Source of the DNA: Octopus vulgaris
Lineage: Eukaryota
DNA length: 64,000 nucleotides
Direction: 5' to 3'
NCBI GenBank assembly: GCA_951406725.2
Contig: OX597815.1
Location: 170,252,001 to 170,316,000, forward strand
The notes beneath the pieces are model-generated. The model saw only the letters and a program-made list of their open reading frames with translations, was not told the DNA's origin and did no database searches. Position numbers and translations under genes: made by a program. Every line of letters starts with the position of its first letter. Positions within the stretch are counted from its first letter, which is position 1. Below are positions 29,139-42,228 of the stretch, piece by piece.

Positions 29139-29756
29139 CTTATATATTTTACTTTACTTATATATTTACGAACATGTGCGAGTGTATATACATTTTCTTT
29201 CCTTTCTTACACTGGTCCCATAGCCGACCAGTCGCAAATTCTCTGACTCTACGTTCTCCATCCTTCAAGACATTTTCTAGGCGGTGCCCTCTATTCTCGT
29301 CCCCTTCGCCCCAAGGCCGTATTTTGTTCGACTGTTCGTCCCTCACCACTGTCCCAAATCACACTCGGTGTCGTTTTGCTTGTTCTGCTTTGTTTTGTTT
29401 GCTCTCGTCCCTAATTCTCCGCAAGAAATTTTTTTTTTTTTTGTGGGCCCCGTCAATTGGGAAGCACTCAGTACAATCGTCTCAGGTGCGAAACTGAATA
29501 TTACCAATTGGTCAATAACTGATGAAGAATTACGGACCTTCTATTTGTCGCCCGTTCGATTTTACATTCAGTATACGTTATGTTGTTTGTTTATTTACCA
29601 TACATTATATAAGGTAAGGTAAAACTAAGAAAGGAAGTAGATGGCCTTCTGAGTAATGTCAGATTTAAGCATCAGGGAGGCACCAAATAAAGCAAAGTCG
29701 GACACGAGTCATGCCGCCGCCGACGACAAATATACATATATACATATAATATAATA

Positions 29757-29794
<38 letters not shown>

Positions 29795-30349
29795 ACTACA
29801 TTCTCTTTGAAGATGAAACATCACAAATTTCCTCATGTCCAAACTACAGACGGTATTGAGGAACCCGTGCAAAAAGACAAGTGGGAAAATATGAAGACAA
29901 GAAAGAGGATGGGAATATTAAAATACTGTATCAATTTCTGATTGGAAAAAAGGAAATAATCAAAAAGCATTGTGGAACGGTGACATTTTTGGGAAATAGT
30001 GAAGGCAATTTGCCAGCTCGCAGAGAGAAAATGCGGTTTTAATAAACTATATAAATATTTATATGAATAGATATCTCGCAATACCGGTGCGATAATTATA
30101 AAAATTAACTGCGTGCGTGTTTAAAGAATTAACTGTGTGAAGGAAATAACAAGGCATTTTTTGATGCTTTTAAACCATAAATTTCTTAAAGCAGATGCCA
30201 AAAAATCGAAATAAATCTAAAATTTTTAGATTATTCTACAAATTAATGGATTAGGGGCGCATAGTATAAAAGTATTTTGAATCATAACCTCAGTTTTTAG
30301 ATCTTTCGTTTATACTGTGAATATCTTAAAACTAATTTTAATTATTTTT

Positions 30350-30720
30350 CACCGAGGCATAATTTACAGAGCACAGGTTTTAAAGAAATCTGTCATGTAC
30401 ATATCGAAGAGCCTGTCCAAGAATTTACCAGTTTATTATTTAATACTGCCAGGGTTGTTTCTTTTTAAGACCAAATATGCTTGGAAAGGTTCGTTCTCAA
30501 TCTTTTAATTGTTTCTCAAGTGAATAGATATGTTGGTGTAAACGAGCCTTGAAGCAATATTTTACCAATCTAATATAACTCGTTGGCGTACTGTTAATAT
30601 CTTGTTGCTTTTAACCACGACTTACTGAGGATATTGATAATCAAGTACCATTGAGTCGGCAATTATTTTGAGAACTGAAAAGGCAAATAGAATAGACTGC
30701 ATTTTGTTAAGAAGGCATTT
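30350..30720 (-). mobile_element. Decayed Penelope-like GIY-YIG fragment
   Basis: Minus-strand translation: NNCRLNG..., FKARLHQHIYS, NLSKHIWS, W*ILGQALRY, with frameshifts. Confidence 0.65.
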
Positions 30721-30829
30721 GAAATAGAAATGGCTAATAAAATTTGTAATGTTTTTAGCAAGACTAGCTTACATTAATCACGACGCCATTAATGATCTCA
30801 TGACGGAGATTGGAAAATATAAGGAAATA

Positions 30830-31520
30830 CTATTAGATTTAGGAAACATTCTGTTAACAATAAAATAATTAATTAGGTTCGCCTCCACTTTCTCATTAAA
30901 TGTTAAAATTAACGTAGGCAAGGAATTTCTGTCTTTCTCTGATAAGCATTACAAACACAGGAGAATTTTCTTAGATTCTCAATTAAAATATCATACAACC
31001 GCTGTTCAATATGAAGAACTTAATCATTCATAAGCGTCACGAAGAACCCACTCCCAGTTGTAATTGTCGAGATCTTTATGCTTGTTAATTTGATCGAGCG
31101 TGTTAGATAAACTCTGTCACAGCAACGCTTCAAGATAACCTAGCCGAAAAGAAGAATTAGATCGGGTTATGCGAAGATGATTTCATAGAAAGTTTTGCAA
31201 ACCACTTATCTTCTTTCCAACACATCGACGAAAGTAAAGCTACTAAGTTTGCTAGCCACGTACGAGGCTTGAAGACCATCTCTACACCACATGCAATCAA
31301 GTCGAAAATCGTAGAGAACTATATGGTAATATGTTAATGGATCTAAGAAACGCAAATTATGCAGAGCTGAAAGACTGCATATTCTTTTTAGCTTTAAGAA
31401 TTCCACTGCACCACTGAATTCCAGCTCAAAAGATTTCAGCTAATGCAGACATATGTATAAATTTATTTTGGCGAACTGAAGGACATCAGCCTCTCCGGGT
31501 CGAGCAGCTGTCTGGCAGAT
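30830..31520 (+). mobile_element. Decayed Penelope-like element 3' half with degenerate hammerhead
   Basis: FSLNVKINVGKEFL, KISY, CNCR, IGLCEDDF..FANHLSSFQH, NGSKKRKLCRAERLHIL; then CTGAAGG (31476) and GAGCAGCTGTC. Confidence 0.75.
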
Positions 31521-31849
31521 TTTGGGTTCCTTTCCGTCAAATCATTCTACAACTAGTTTTATTACGTCTTTACGGTCAAAGTGGACATAACTGTAATCTT
31601 CTTTCTTTTACCTATTCTTTTCTTTCTCCGTTTTTTCTCACCCCTTCCATATTTTGAATCTACATTCTTCTCGATCTTTCTCGTTATTTCTCCGTCCTGA
31701 TTGGTAAATTGTGGTTCCAGCGTCCTGATTTGTAAATTGAATAGGTATTGTACTCAGAGCATGGAGATTATCTGAAGGCACAAAGAATGTTATAAGAACT
31801 TGTCTAAACTTAGGTCTCTAATGCATGAAAATATTAGTAGTTCGTACCT

Positions 31850-31921
<72 letters not shown>

Positions 31922-32044
31922 ACACACAGACACGAGCGTGCGCGTATATGTATGTATGTATTAATATATATATATATATCTGAGGGTCTTAATACTTTGC
32001 ATTGCTATGACATCGCGTTGTTTTTCTTTTGTCTTCTTTTCCTC

Positions 32045-32082
<38 letters not shown>

Positions 32083-32109
32083 ATATATATATATATATAT
32101 ATTTTATTC

Positions 32110-32583
<474 letters not shown>

Positions 32584-32769
32584 TCGTTGACGAAAACAGG
32601 AAGATAGTATTCAAAATATAAAGAGTGTGCTTGCATTTTTAAATTTATAATCGGGAGAAGTTACAAAGTTACTCCAGCGCCAACAGTTTCGTGCATAAGA
32701 GTAAACGCATCCAACTATCTTCAGTCACTCTCTAACTTCTGCCACTTATTTAAAGAAAAATAACATATA

Positions 32770-33902
32770 TAAAGGTAGTGTTAAAACGTTCCCTGACTAG
32801 TTTGTATAATAACAATAACTTATTAACCTAAGTTTTAACATCATCTCCTTCAAAATAGTGGCCTTGGTGCAATACACCGATCTCAGCGTTCCTTCCACTT
32901 CCAGCCTGGAAGTCATTTTCCGTGAGCGAATCGAGGACATTCTGCGATTCGGTTATGATCTTCACAACAGTGTTAAAACGGCGACCTTTGAGCTGCATTT
33001 TCAATTTAAGGAAAAGATAAAAGATCGCGAATGCTGAATCTGACGAATAGGGCGGGTGCGGAATCGACACCGTGTTGATTTTGGCGACAACTCACGAGTG
33101 AAGAGAGCTCGGTGTCAGAGTTTATTGCCATCGTAAAGAATCCAATTGTTCGTGCTCCAAAGATCCGGCCGCTTTGGCCGACTGTTCTCCCTCTTCCATT
33201 GTGACGACTACTGCTTCGTCTCAGATCGTACCCGTAGACCCAACTTTTGTCATTAGTGACGATCCTCGACATGAAAGACGGGTCATCAACGGGTTGCCGA
33301 CAGAGATCTTGGTATATTTCGACGCGCTGCTCAGTGGTCAGCAGGCGGGGGAGAAAATTGACAGATACACGCTGCATGTTCAATTCAGACGTCAGGATTG
33401 CCTGCACACATGCAACATACCAACAACACCTGCAATGTCAATCATTATCCTCCGCCGATCCTCATGAACAACCTGATGAATTTTTCCTACATTTCCGGGG
33501 TGACGCTCGTGACAGGTTTTCCAGACTGCTCGTCGTCTTCCAATGACGTTCTCTCGCTTTTGAAGCACCCGCACCATGCTAAACATTACGTACGACCCAT
33601 TGCTCTGATGCCTGAAGCTTACCAAAGTATGCTCAATGTTTGTGTAGCAGACTTCCTAAGTTTAACGCAAAATTTCACGTTGACACTTTGTTCCAACTTC
33701 CTGTCTATGGCACAATCGCAAAATACAGCGTAACCGTGATCGCAAAAACACAAATTTCACAACTTGCGAAGGAAACACAGTGATGCAACTCGGCACGCTT
33801 GCTCATGAAGGTAACTACTAACTGATACTGCGCACGCAACCGTGTACTGCCATCTGTTGGCGCGCTACATTAGTAATCTGGGAACTATTTAATACTGCTT
33901 GA

Positions 33903-33906
<4 letters not shown>
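32770..33906 (-). mobile_element. Mariner DNA transposon, near full length, decayed
   Basis: Imperfect TIRs (AGGTAGTGTTAAAACGTTCCCTGACT vs reverse complement AAGCAGTATTAAATAGTTCCCAGATT), TA flanks, transposase remnants inside. Confidence 0.88.
32828..33708 (-). pseudogene. Mariner transposase pseudogene
   Basis: EQSVNVKFCVKL N-terminus, IVTNDKSWVYGYD (first catalytic D region), HPPYSSDSA (YSPDLAP motif), split over several frames. Confidence 0.9.
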
Positions 33907-33975
<69 letters not shown>

Positions 33976-34026
33976 GGTATATATATATATGTATATATAT
34001 ATGTAGGTATATATGTATATATATAT

Positions 34027-34074
<48 letters not shown>

Positions 34075-34653
34075 GTGTGTGTGTGTATAGACACACACAT
34101 ATACACACATATATGAATGTATGTGCGTGCGTGTAAGAATGCATATACATATGCATATACTATGATAAAAACATGTATAAACACACGGACGCGATACTTA
34201 CACGCACAGGTCTATAAACATATAATACTTAGAAAAATACACAAACGAAGATAGACTCAGATACATAAATTTATTTGTGCAGTCCCACATGCAAAAAATA
34301 TTTATATATTTGTACGTGCATGTTTGTTTCATAATAATGATACTTTCATTTTCTGTACTATATTTATACGAACAAAATGTGTTTTTATAGTTGAAACTTA
34401 TTTCTCCCTCCCTCCCTTCCTCTCTCCCTCGCTCATTCTTACTCTCCCATGATCCCACACTCTGCCTCTATCTATATCTATGTATCTACCTGTCTATCTT
34501 TCTCTGCAAATACAAATACATAGATAAGTATTTGTATACGTATGCGTCTCTATACGAACGCATGCACTCATATAATATATGCATTTAAATTCAGATATGC
34601 ATACATACTATATATTTATTTATATTTATATATATATGTGTGTGTATGCATAA

Positions 34654-34740
<87 letters not shown>

Positions 34741-35092
34741 TACGTATATACATACATGTTCATATATATTTATATATATATATATACATATACATGCGTG
34801 TATGTGTGCTCGTATAGACCTCTGTATGCTACTGTTACTACACGTATTTATATACATCGATAATACTATTATTTTGAAGTTTAGATATAAGTATGCTAAT
34901 GCGTATACATATGCAGCACACCATCATACATACACACCCTAATACACAGTGGCATAGACACGTATACACGCAAACACACTTGAAAGCAAATACACATATG
35001 CTCTGACACAGACAAGTAAACACGTAACTTTGCAAATAAAAGCACCTAAGCCTCTTTAAAATAGGACACCTGTTGTGTCTCCATATCTCCGC

Positions 35093-35130
<38 letters not shown>

Positions 35131-35135
35131 TATAT

Positions 35136-35182
<47 letters not shown>

Positions 35183-35183
35183 T

Positions 35184-35217
<34 letters not shown>

Positions 35218-35589
35218 TGTGAGCCTACATATATGTCGAAACAAACATAAGCAAGCGTCTGTGCTTTATGCATGTACGACAGACTAGTTTTTATGTAAGT
35301 GTTTCAAAGAAGTTCTTAATCATTATCTTAGTAATCAATAAACTAGATTTCCGGAAATTGTAGGCTTAAAATCGTGCGTTTAAATCCAAACTTAAGGTAG
35401 TTCTACATTAAAAATAACTGCAACATCGAAATATAACTTCTGCAACGCCGATAACAACCACAACATCAACGGCCAACTAGTACTGACTACATTTAGGAAG
35501 TGATTATTTCCTCATCTGTTCTTAGTGTACGTAGAAGCCGCGAATTATTGTTTTATACTAGCAACAACAAAAGCATTAATAATAATAAT

Positions 35590-35912
35590 CTTTCCTACTA
35601 TTGTCTCAAGGCCTGAAATGTAGGGTCAGGAGACTAATCTATTACACCGACACCAGTACATGACTGGTACATATTTCATCGTACTCGAAAAGATGAAAGG
35701 TAAATTCGAACTCAGCGGAATTTAAACTCAGAACGTAGTGACGGGTGCAGCATCGTTAAACATTTCGTCCACCATGCTAACGGTTCTGCCAGCTCGCTGC
35801 TTTAATAAAAATAGCGGCTTCAAATTGTGGCACAAGTCTAGCAATTTCAGGGGAGGTGATAAGTCGGTTACATCAACCACAGTACTCAACTGGTACTTAT
35901 TTTATCGACCTC
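35590..35912 (-). mobile_element. Two diverged SINE family B fragments
   Basis: GGAATTTAAACTCAGAACGTA and TTCTGCCAGCTCGCTGC match the family B head; a second tail fragment follows. Confidence 0.75.
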
Positions 35913-35924
35913 GAGAAGCATTGA

Positions 35925-36375
35925 AAGCTACTCCAATGCAGAACATAGTGCCAAATATCCCAGCAATGCTATTGTGCTTCAGGCTTTGTGCAGCTCCCGG
36001 CGAATAGTTTTTGTGGAAACTAGGTTCTCGAGGTGGTCATTTAGCTCTGCGGTAATTTTGGAAGCTGTTCTTTTGTGATCCTTTCTAACAATTCTCGTAA
36101 GAGTCAGATTGCTCTTTTCGTTATGCTAGCGCTTGCCATATGCGCACCAACAATTTGACCTCTTTGAAAGTCCGATAGATCTGTCTTTTTAATGAACATT
36201 AATTGCCTATTTCTGAAAATATCTGAAAGGAGACAGCAACTTTAGCAAAACATATCAAGCAATACTAATAATAAATAAAAAACATAAATAGTAAACAACT
36301 TTTGACGATTTTATAGATATTTCAAAATGATGATGCTATGATGCTAGGCGTTTCCATTATTTTTTCCAACCCCTG
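35925..36375 (-). mobile_element. Tc1-like transposon 5' fragment with internal deletions
   Basis: End TA|CAGGGGTTGGAAAAAATAAT; translations DLSDFQRGQIVGAHMASAS and LTRIVRKDHKRTASKITAELN..VSTKTIRRELHKA. Confidence 0.85.
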
Positions 36376-36383
36376 TATATAGT

Positions 36384-36770
36384 AATGTCCATATGCCATC
36401 ATAATGTGGCAGTCATATGAAGGACGACTTTACTGCTGTTATAGCACCATCCTTTCGAGCTGGCTATCGATACAGATTTTATGTCCGTATAACATTCGTA
36501 AGGGAGGTCATCGCTCCCATTTCTAGTCTCATGTGATACTCACAGACAAGAGCTTCTAGGTGGTTATCTGTCTTCAGTCTGAGATTAACCTGAGTCTCTG
36601 AGTATCACGTAATGTTAAAGATGGGAGCCATGACTTCCCTTGCGAATGCTATACGGACATAAAATGTGTGTCGATAGCCAGCGAGAAAAGATGTTTTCCT
36701 GGGACTATAACAAGAGTAACACATCCTCCTTTATAGTACAGCCGCGTTTTATTGGCATATGAACGTCATT
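36384..36770. repeat. Imperfect foldback (MITE-like) element
   Basis: Long inverted arms, e.g. GCTGGCTATCGATACAGATTTTATGTCCGTATA / TATACGGACATAAAATGTGTGTCGATAGCCAGC. Confidence 0.85.
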
Positions 36771-36837
36771 ATTTCGTACAGTTACTGTGTATCTCTCTCT
36801 TAGAGATTTAAAGCAAGTTTTATATATACATAATACA

Positions 36838-36890
<53 letters not shown>

Positions 36891-36897
<7 letters not shown>

Positions 36898-37178
36898 CAA
36901 ATTAGAGACAAAACCACTATTATGCAAATCAAACAAAGAAAGACTTAATCCAATACATAAAATAATTTATATAAATTAAAATTTTAACATATGAATAACC
37001 ACTACGATCGTTTCGTGTCAGCACATCTTAGACATTCTTCAGGTGGTTTCAAAACCTTCTTAGCGAGTTTTAAATTATGAACTCTAATTTGATATAATAT
37101 AATATTTTACTATAAAATTGGATTCAATCTTAAATCTGATTTTTCCTTGTGAATTTGGATTTATTCCCTAATATTTAT

Positions 37179-37180
<2 letters not shown>
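36891..37180 (-). mobile_element. Short hammerhead-bearing element between (TA)n tracts
   Basis: 17-bp inverted repeat ATTATATCAAATTAGAG (36891-36907 / 37082-37098) brackets the ribozyme fold. Confidence 0.7.
36997..37048 (-). ncRNA. Minimal type I hammerhead ribozyme
   Basis: Minus strand AACCAC CTGAAGA A TGTC..GACA C GAAAC GATC GTA GTGGTT: 6-bp stem I, intact core, palindromic loop III, GUA triplet. Confidence 0.85.
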
Positions 37181-37225
<45 letters not shown>

Positions 37226-37226
<1 letters not shown>

Positions 37227-37737
37227 TAGCAGTATCGCCCGGCGTTGCTCGGGTTTGTAAGGGAAATAACTATATAAGCATTTTCAGAGAGTTACTTCCT
37301 TTATAGATGCCAATTCGGGCTTTCTTAGCCATTTCTGTTTTGGTGTCTTCAAGCCATGAACTCGTTGTTCTAAAAGAACGCTGGTCTCCTTGACAACGCA
37401 TTACGACGTTGATTTCCTTAAACTCCCTTCCCACAGCTTCACGGGGGAGGGAAGAAGGGGGAGAAGCAAACAGGTGCAGCTGTGACCATGGACGCCAACT
37501 CCGCCGCCATAGACACACGAAAAATTATGCATTAAAATGGAATAAAAAATGATGTTAAATTATTTTTAAAATCGTAGACTCATCGTAGACGCGCGCTAAT
37601 AGCCAGACGGGCTTGATATTAATCACGACTATAAGATACACGAATTTGGTTAAACTGCACCGCAAAATGTGGGAGGAGTTAGGAATCTAAATCGTAGGAG
37701 ACAGACACTCACACAACTACAGTTTTATATATATAGA
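37226..37737 (-). mobile_element. Non-autonomous Helitron
   Basis: Minus strand starts A|TC, ends with hairpin CCCGAGCAACGCCGGG shortly before CTAG|T; no TSD. Confidence 0.85.
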
Positions 37738-37924
37738 TATATATATATTTCGTTTTGGGATTTGGTTTGCAAGATTCTCTATGTCAGTTCGTGTGTTGAA
37801 GCATATTCTGTTGTGTCTGGGGAGAGTCATTCTCTTTTTATCCCTTATAATTTAACACACTCACCGGTAAAATTTCCACTTATTTCATTTTTATTTTTCT
37901 AAAATTTCCATTGCGTCTTGGAAC

Positions 37925-38009
<85 letters not shown>

Positions 38010-38013
38010 AAGG

Positions 38014-38064
38014 AGCTTCTACAGGACTAGAACTGTTTCATTCAAATGAAACCTTCAGGAAGCT
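38014..38064 (-). ncRNA. Hammerhead fold, second copy of the 32171 family (core CTGAAGG)
   Basis: Same stems I and III as 32171-32221; core position A9 is G. Confidence 0.6.
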
Positions 38065-38463
38065 GGCTGTCAAAATAAGGTCTGGTATTTATACATTTAG
38101 GCAGATTTAATGGGGTGATGGTGGGGGACGTTTTTTGGGTAAGCAGGGCACAAACCATTGTTCTTAGGGGAGTGGTCAAAAGGCAGGAGAGTTTATTGAA
38201 ATGGGAAGAATCAGTGAGAAAGGAAATAAATGAATAAATAGAATAATTGAATAGAGTTTTAGGTAAATTAGAAGACAATTGCTTTTAGTCAGTTTGTTAT
38301 TGTTAAGTGGAGGGAAGAAGTAGATAAATATACATGAAAAAACATATAAAGTAAATATACATACAAACCCACATACATACACATGCGAATATCCATATAT
38401 ACATATACATATGCCCATGTATATACATACACACACACACACACATACATACAAATACACAAG

Positions 38464-38502
<39 letters not shown>

Positions 38503-38504
<2 letters not shown>

Positions 38505-38929
38505 TTTTACTCTTTTACTTGTTTCAGTCATTTGACTGGGGCCATGTTGGAGCACAACCTTTAGTCGAGAAAATCGACCCCAGGAATTATTCATTGTAAG
38601 CCTAGTACTTATTCTATCGGTCACTTTTGCCGAACCGCTAAGTGACAGGGACGTAAATACACCAGCATCGGTTGTCAAGTGATGTTGGGGGTACAAACAC
38701 AGACACACAAACGTATACGCACGCATACATACATACATACATGCATATGAATATATATATATATACGACGGGCTTCTTTCCGTTTCCGTCTACCAAATCC
38801 ACTCACAAGGATTTGGTCCTCCTGAGGCTATAGTAGAAGACACTTGCACAATGTGCCACGCAGTGGGACTGAACCCAGAATCATGTGGTTGGTAAGTAAG
38901 GAACTTACCACACAGCCACTCATACGCCT
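38503..38929 (-). mobile_element. SINE family A, full length
   Basis: Head, CORE-like segment, internal microsatellite and tail all present. Confidence 0.92.
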
Positions 38930-39039
38930 ATATATATATATATTATAATAAATTAGAGACATTATAATATTATAATATTATAATAAATTAGATGGAATGT
39001 CCATATATTTAATATATATATATATATATATATATAGAG

Positions 39040-39070
<31 letters not shown>

Positions 39071-39766
39071 TGAAATAGAGATAATAAAATGATAACCAGG
39101 AAGTTATCTATCTATTTATCTAACAATCTATATTACATACACATAAAAACATAACTCTCCCACGATATATATTAACGCATATCCATGTTTATATGGAATG
39201 ACTCATAATAACAGGGCATATAAATGCAACAAACCCTACGAAAGTGAGGCTAAGTCGTATCAGTAGTCACCATCACTGTTTGCCACAGTTAGTTGCTTTG
39301 CCTAAAAAATAACATGTGTTCCGCATTCTATCGCCTACATTGTATTGATCTATGTTGTTTTCTTCTTCCTTTCACAATATATACACACCTATATATACTA
39401 TTGATTGCATAAGCAAGCGATGCCTAGAGTTTGTCTCCAAGCTTTAATTTCCCAAGTAATATTTCACATTCAAAGAGGGAAGAATTTTCGAAACGTGTTT
39501 CTCTTCCTTAATAACATTGATGGTTTCTACTTCGTCAAGTGACAACCGTATATTCTACATAATTAAAAACGAAAAAAAAAGAAAGGAAACCTTTTTTCGA
39601 TTTTGATTTGTTGGCTACAAGCCAACTCAGTTCTCTAGCGCTGCTAATGTCCTCGAAAAGAAAAAAAAGAAAAGAAAATGTACATAAATGTCTCACAGTC
39701 TTACATTGCAGTCTTCTATAAAACATAGTGTGTGATCAATCAAATGATTGCATTATTTCAGCGAAA

Positions 39767-40371
39767 AAAGGCGGCGAGCTGGCAGAAATGTTAGCACACC
39801 GGGCGAAATGCGTAGCCGTATTTCGTCTGCCGTTACGTTCTAAGTTCAAATTCCACCGAGGTCGACTTTGCCTTTCATCCTTTCGGGGTCGATTAAATAA
39901 AGTACCAGTTTCGCACTGGGGTCGATATAATCGACTTAATCCGTTTGTCTGTCCTTGTTTGTCCCCTCTATGTTTAACCCCTTGTGGGTAGTAAAGAAGG
40001 AGGTATTTCGTCTGCCGTTACGTTCTGAGTTCAAATTTCGCCGAGGTCGACTTTGCCTTTCATCCTTTCGGGGTCGATAAATAAAGTACCAGTTACGCAC
40101 TGGGGTCGATCTAATCGACGTAATCCCTTTGTCTGTCCTTGTTTGTCCCCTCTATGTTTAGCCCCTTGTGGGCAATACAGAAATAAGAATCGTTAGCATG
40201 CCGGGAGAAATGCTGCTAAACATTTCGCCAGTTGCGATGTTTTGAGTTCTTATTCCCCTAAGGTTGACTTTGTCTTTGATCCTCTCGGTGTCGATAAACT
40301 AAGTGTCAGTGAAACTCTGGGGTCGTGCAATTGACTAGCCCCCTACCCACAATTTTCAGACCTTGCAAAGG
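39767..40371 (+). mobile_element. SINE family B dimer fused to an older family B copy, inside one TSD
   Basis: 15-bp direct repeat ATTATTTCAGCGAAA at 39752-39766 and 40372-40386. Confidence 0.9.
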
Positions 40372-40529
40372 ATTATTTCAGCGAAAGAGCTGCGTGATCG
40401 CATCAACAGCTAGAAATATAGCATCTAAATTCATCCTCAATTCAAATGAAACCTTAAAATCTTGGAAAAAGAAATAAAGAAAGAAAAAAGGGGAGATTTT
40501 GGAGGAGTGCAATTCCCAATACACAGTCT

Positions 40530-40992
40530 CTTTTATCTTTTATTTCATATCTGTCACAGTCATTGGGCTACGTCTGTGCTGTAGCATTGTCTTGAATGGG
40601 TTTCTCAAGCAAATCGCTACCAGTACTTATTTTATTCAGTTATTCATTCTATCGTCTCTTTTACTGGAACGCCGAGTCATTGCGATGTCAACAAACCAAC
40701 ACCGATTGTCAGGCGTTAGTAGGGGACAAACACAAACAACATATATGTTATCTCCCCTACTTCTTCGCCCTCCTGTGTGACCCTTCTGTCCGTCAGTCAC
40801 CATGATAGATCGGTAGCCACTACACACATTTTTTTTGTCTCCTTGTTTCTTTCTATGGAAGAGCGTAGGCTCGAAACGTAAAGGACTTTTTCAATTCCCG
40901 AGCGTGATACTAATGCATCTGTTTGTTTTCTACACCACCTGTCTTCGTCTTTTGTTTGTTTTCATGAATTCTCTCCAACACACACACACACA

Positions 40993-41059
<67 letters not shown>

Positions 41060-41248
41060 ATATATACATATGTGTATATCGACAATGGGCATCTTTCAGT
41101 TTCCGTTTACCAAATTCATTCACAAGGCTTTGGTCCTTCCTGGGCTATAATAGAAGACCTTTGCTCAAGGTGCCAGGTAGTGGGATTGAACCCAATGACC
41201 ACAAGTTTGGGAAGTTAACTTCTCAACTACACAGCCAGAGCTGCGCCT
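40530..41248 (-). mobile_element. Old SINE family A split by a family H insertion
   Basis: 3' half at 40530-40745, 5' half at about 41085-41248. Confidence 0.75.
40748..40976 (+). mobile_element. Family H repeat
   Basis: Motif CTTTCTATGGAAGAGCGTAGGCTCGAAACGTAAAGG at 40849-40884. Confidence 0.82.
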
Positions 41249-42228
41249 ATTCACACAGAACCACCCATGCTGCTGTATCTAAACTATCTAATATTGAAAA
41301 GGAAAAATAAAAATAACCATGACCATGACTAGAAAACCTTTAGTATAGTTATAGATCTAGTGGTTGATGTGATGCGAAAAAATAACAACAAATGGAAACC
41401 GATTTCAAATAATAGCAACAACAATCGTTATTTCAAATTGGTTTCAATTCCCGTTTATGGCCATTCTCAAACTCGATGTCAAGTTTTCGATGAAAAAAAA
41501 AAAGGAAATATTTTATTTTATTTTGTCTTGTAGTAGACTTAACTGAAACATTAAACTTTATACGGTTTTCTCTTTGTGTCTCAGATATTACATCAGTGTA
41601 AAAAATTCTTTATATAAAGGCCTTTGTTGTAGAATGTTTTGACGTAAGTCTGCGATACGATTTTAATTACGATTTTCATTGCCTCACATGTTTCAGTTAC
41701 TCTTAAGAAAACTTCGAGTTTCATAGTTCCTTGCGTTCTCTATTCTATTAAAGCAAACAAATAAATACATAAATATTAATGAAATATGCAAACAGATTAT
41801 TGTCAGGGTATGTTATCTAGAGAATATCTGTTGATCTGGAAGTAAAAAAAACAAGATTAAAAAAATTTTGATTGGAATTTTCACTAGCACATACGCACAC
41901 ATGCACACGCATACACTCACACGCTCCCCGCACACAAACACACTGACACAAATAAACAAAGATTCATCGTGTACATACACATGTACACATGCGAATATTG
42001 GTAAAAGATGTCATCACTGAATTACATGCAAAGGCCGGAAGCTGGTATCAACAACGTTACCTACTAGCAAAGTGACGTACGTAACTGTTTATGAAGTAAA
42101 CAAAAGTAAATAACACCAGGCATACACATGGCTGAGCTACATTTCTATGGATGCATGTAAGACTTTAGCAAAAAAAGTGTATGCATGTATCCATGTATCT
42201 ATATATAAATAATGTAGCAAATTTTAAA

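Noticed and set aside
29455-29550. GAAAC and CTGATGA motifs
   Set aside because: Each partial fold lacks one core strand; at most a decayed remnant.
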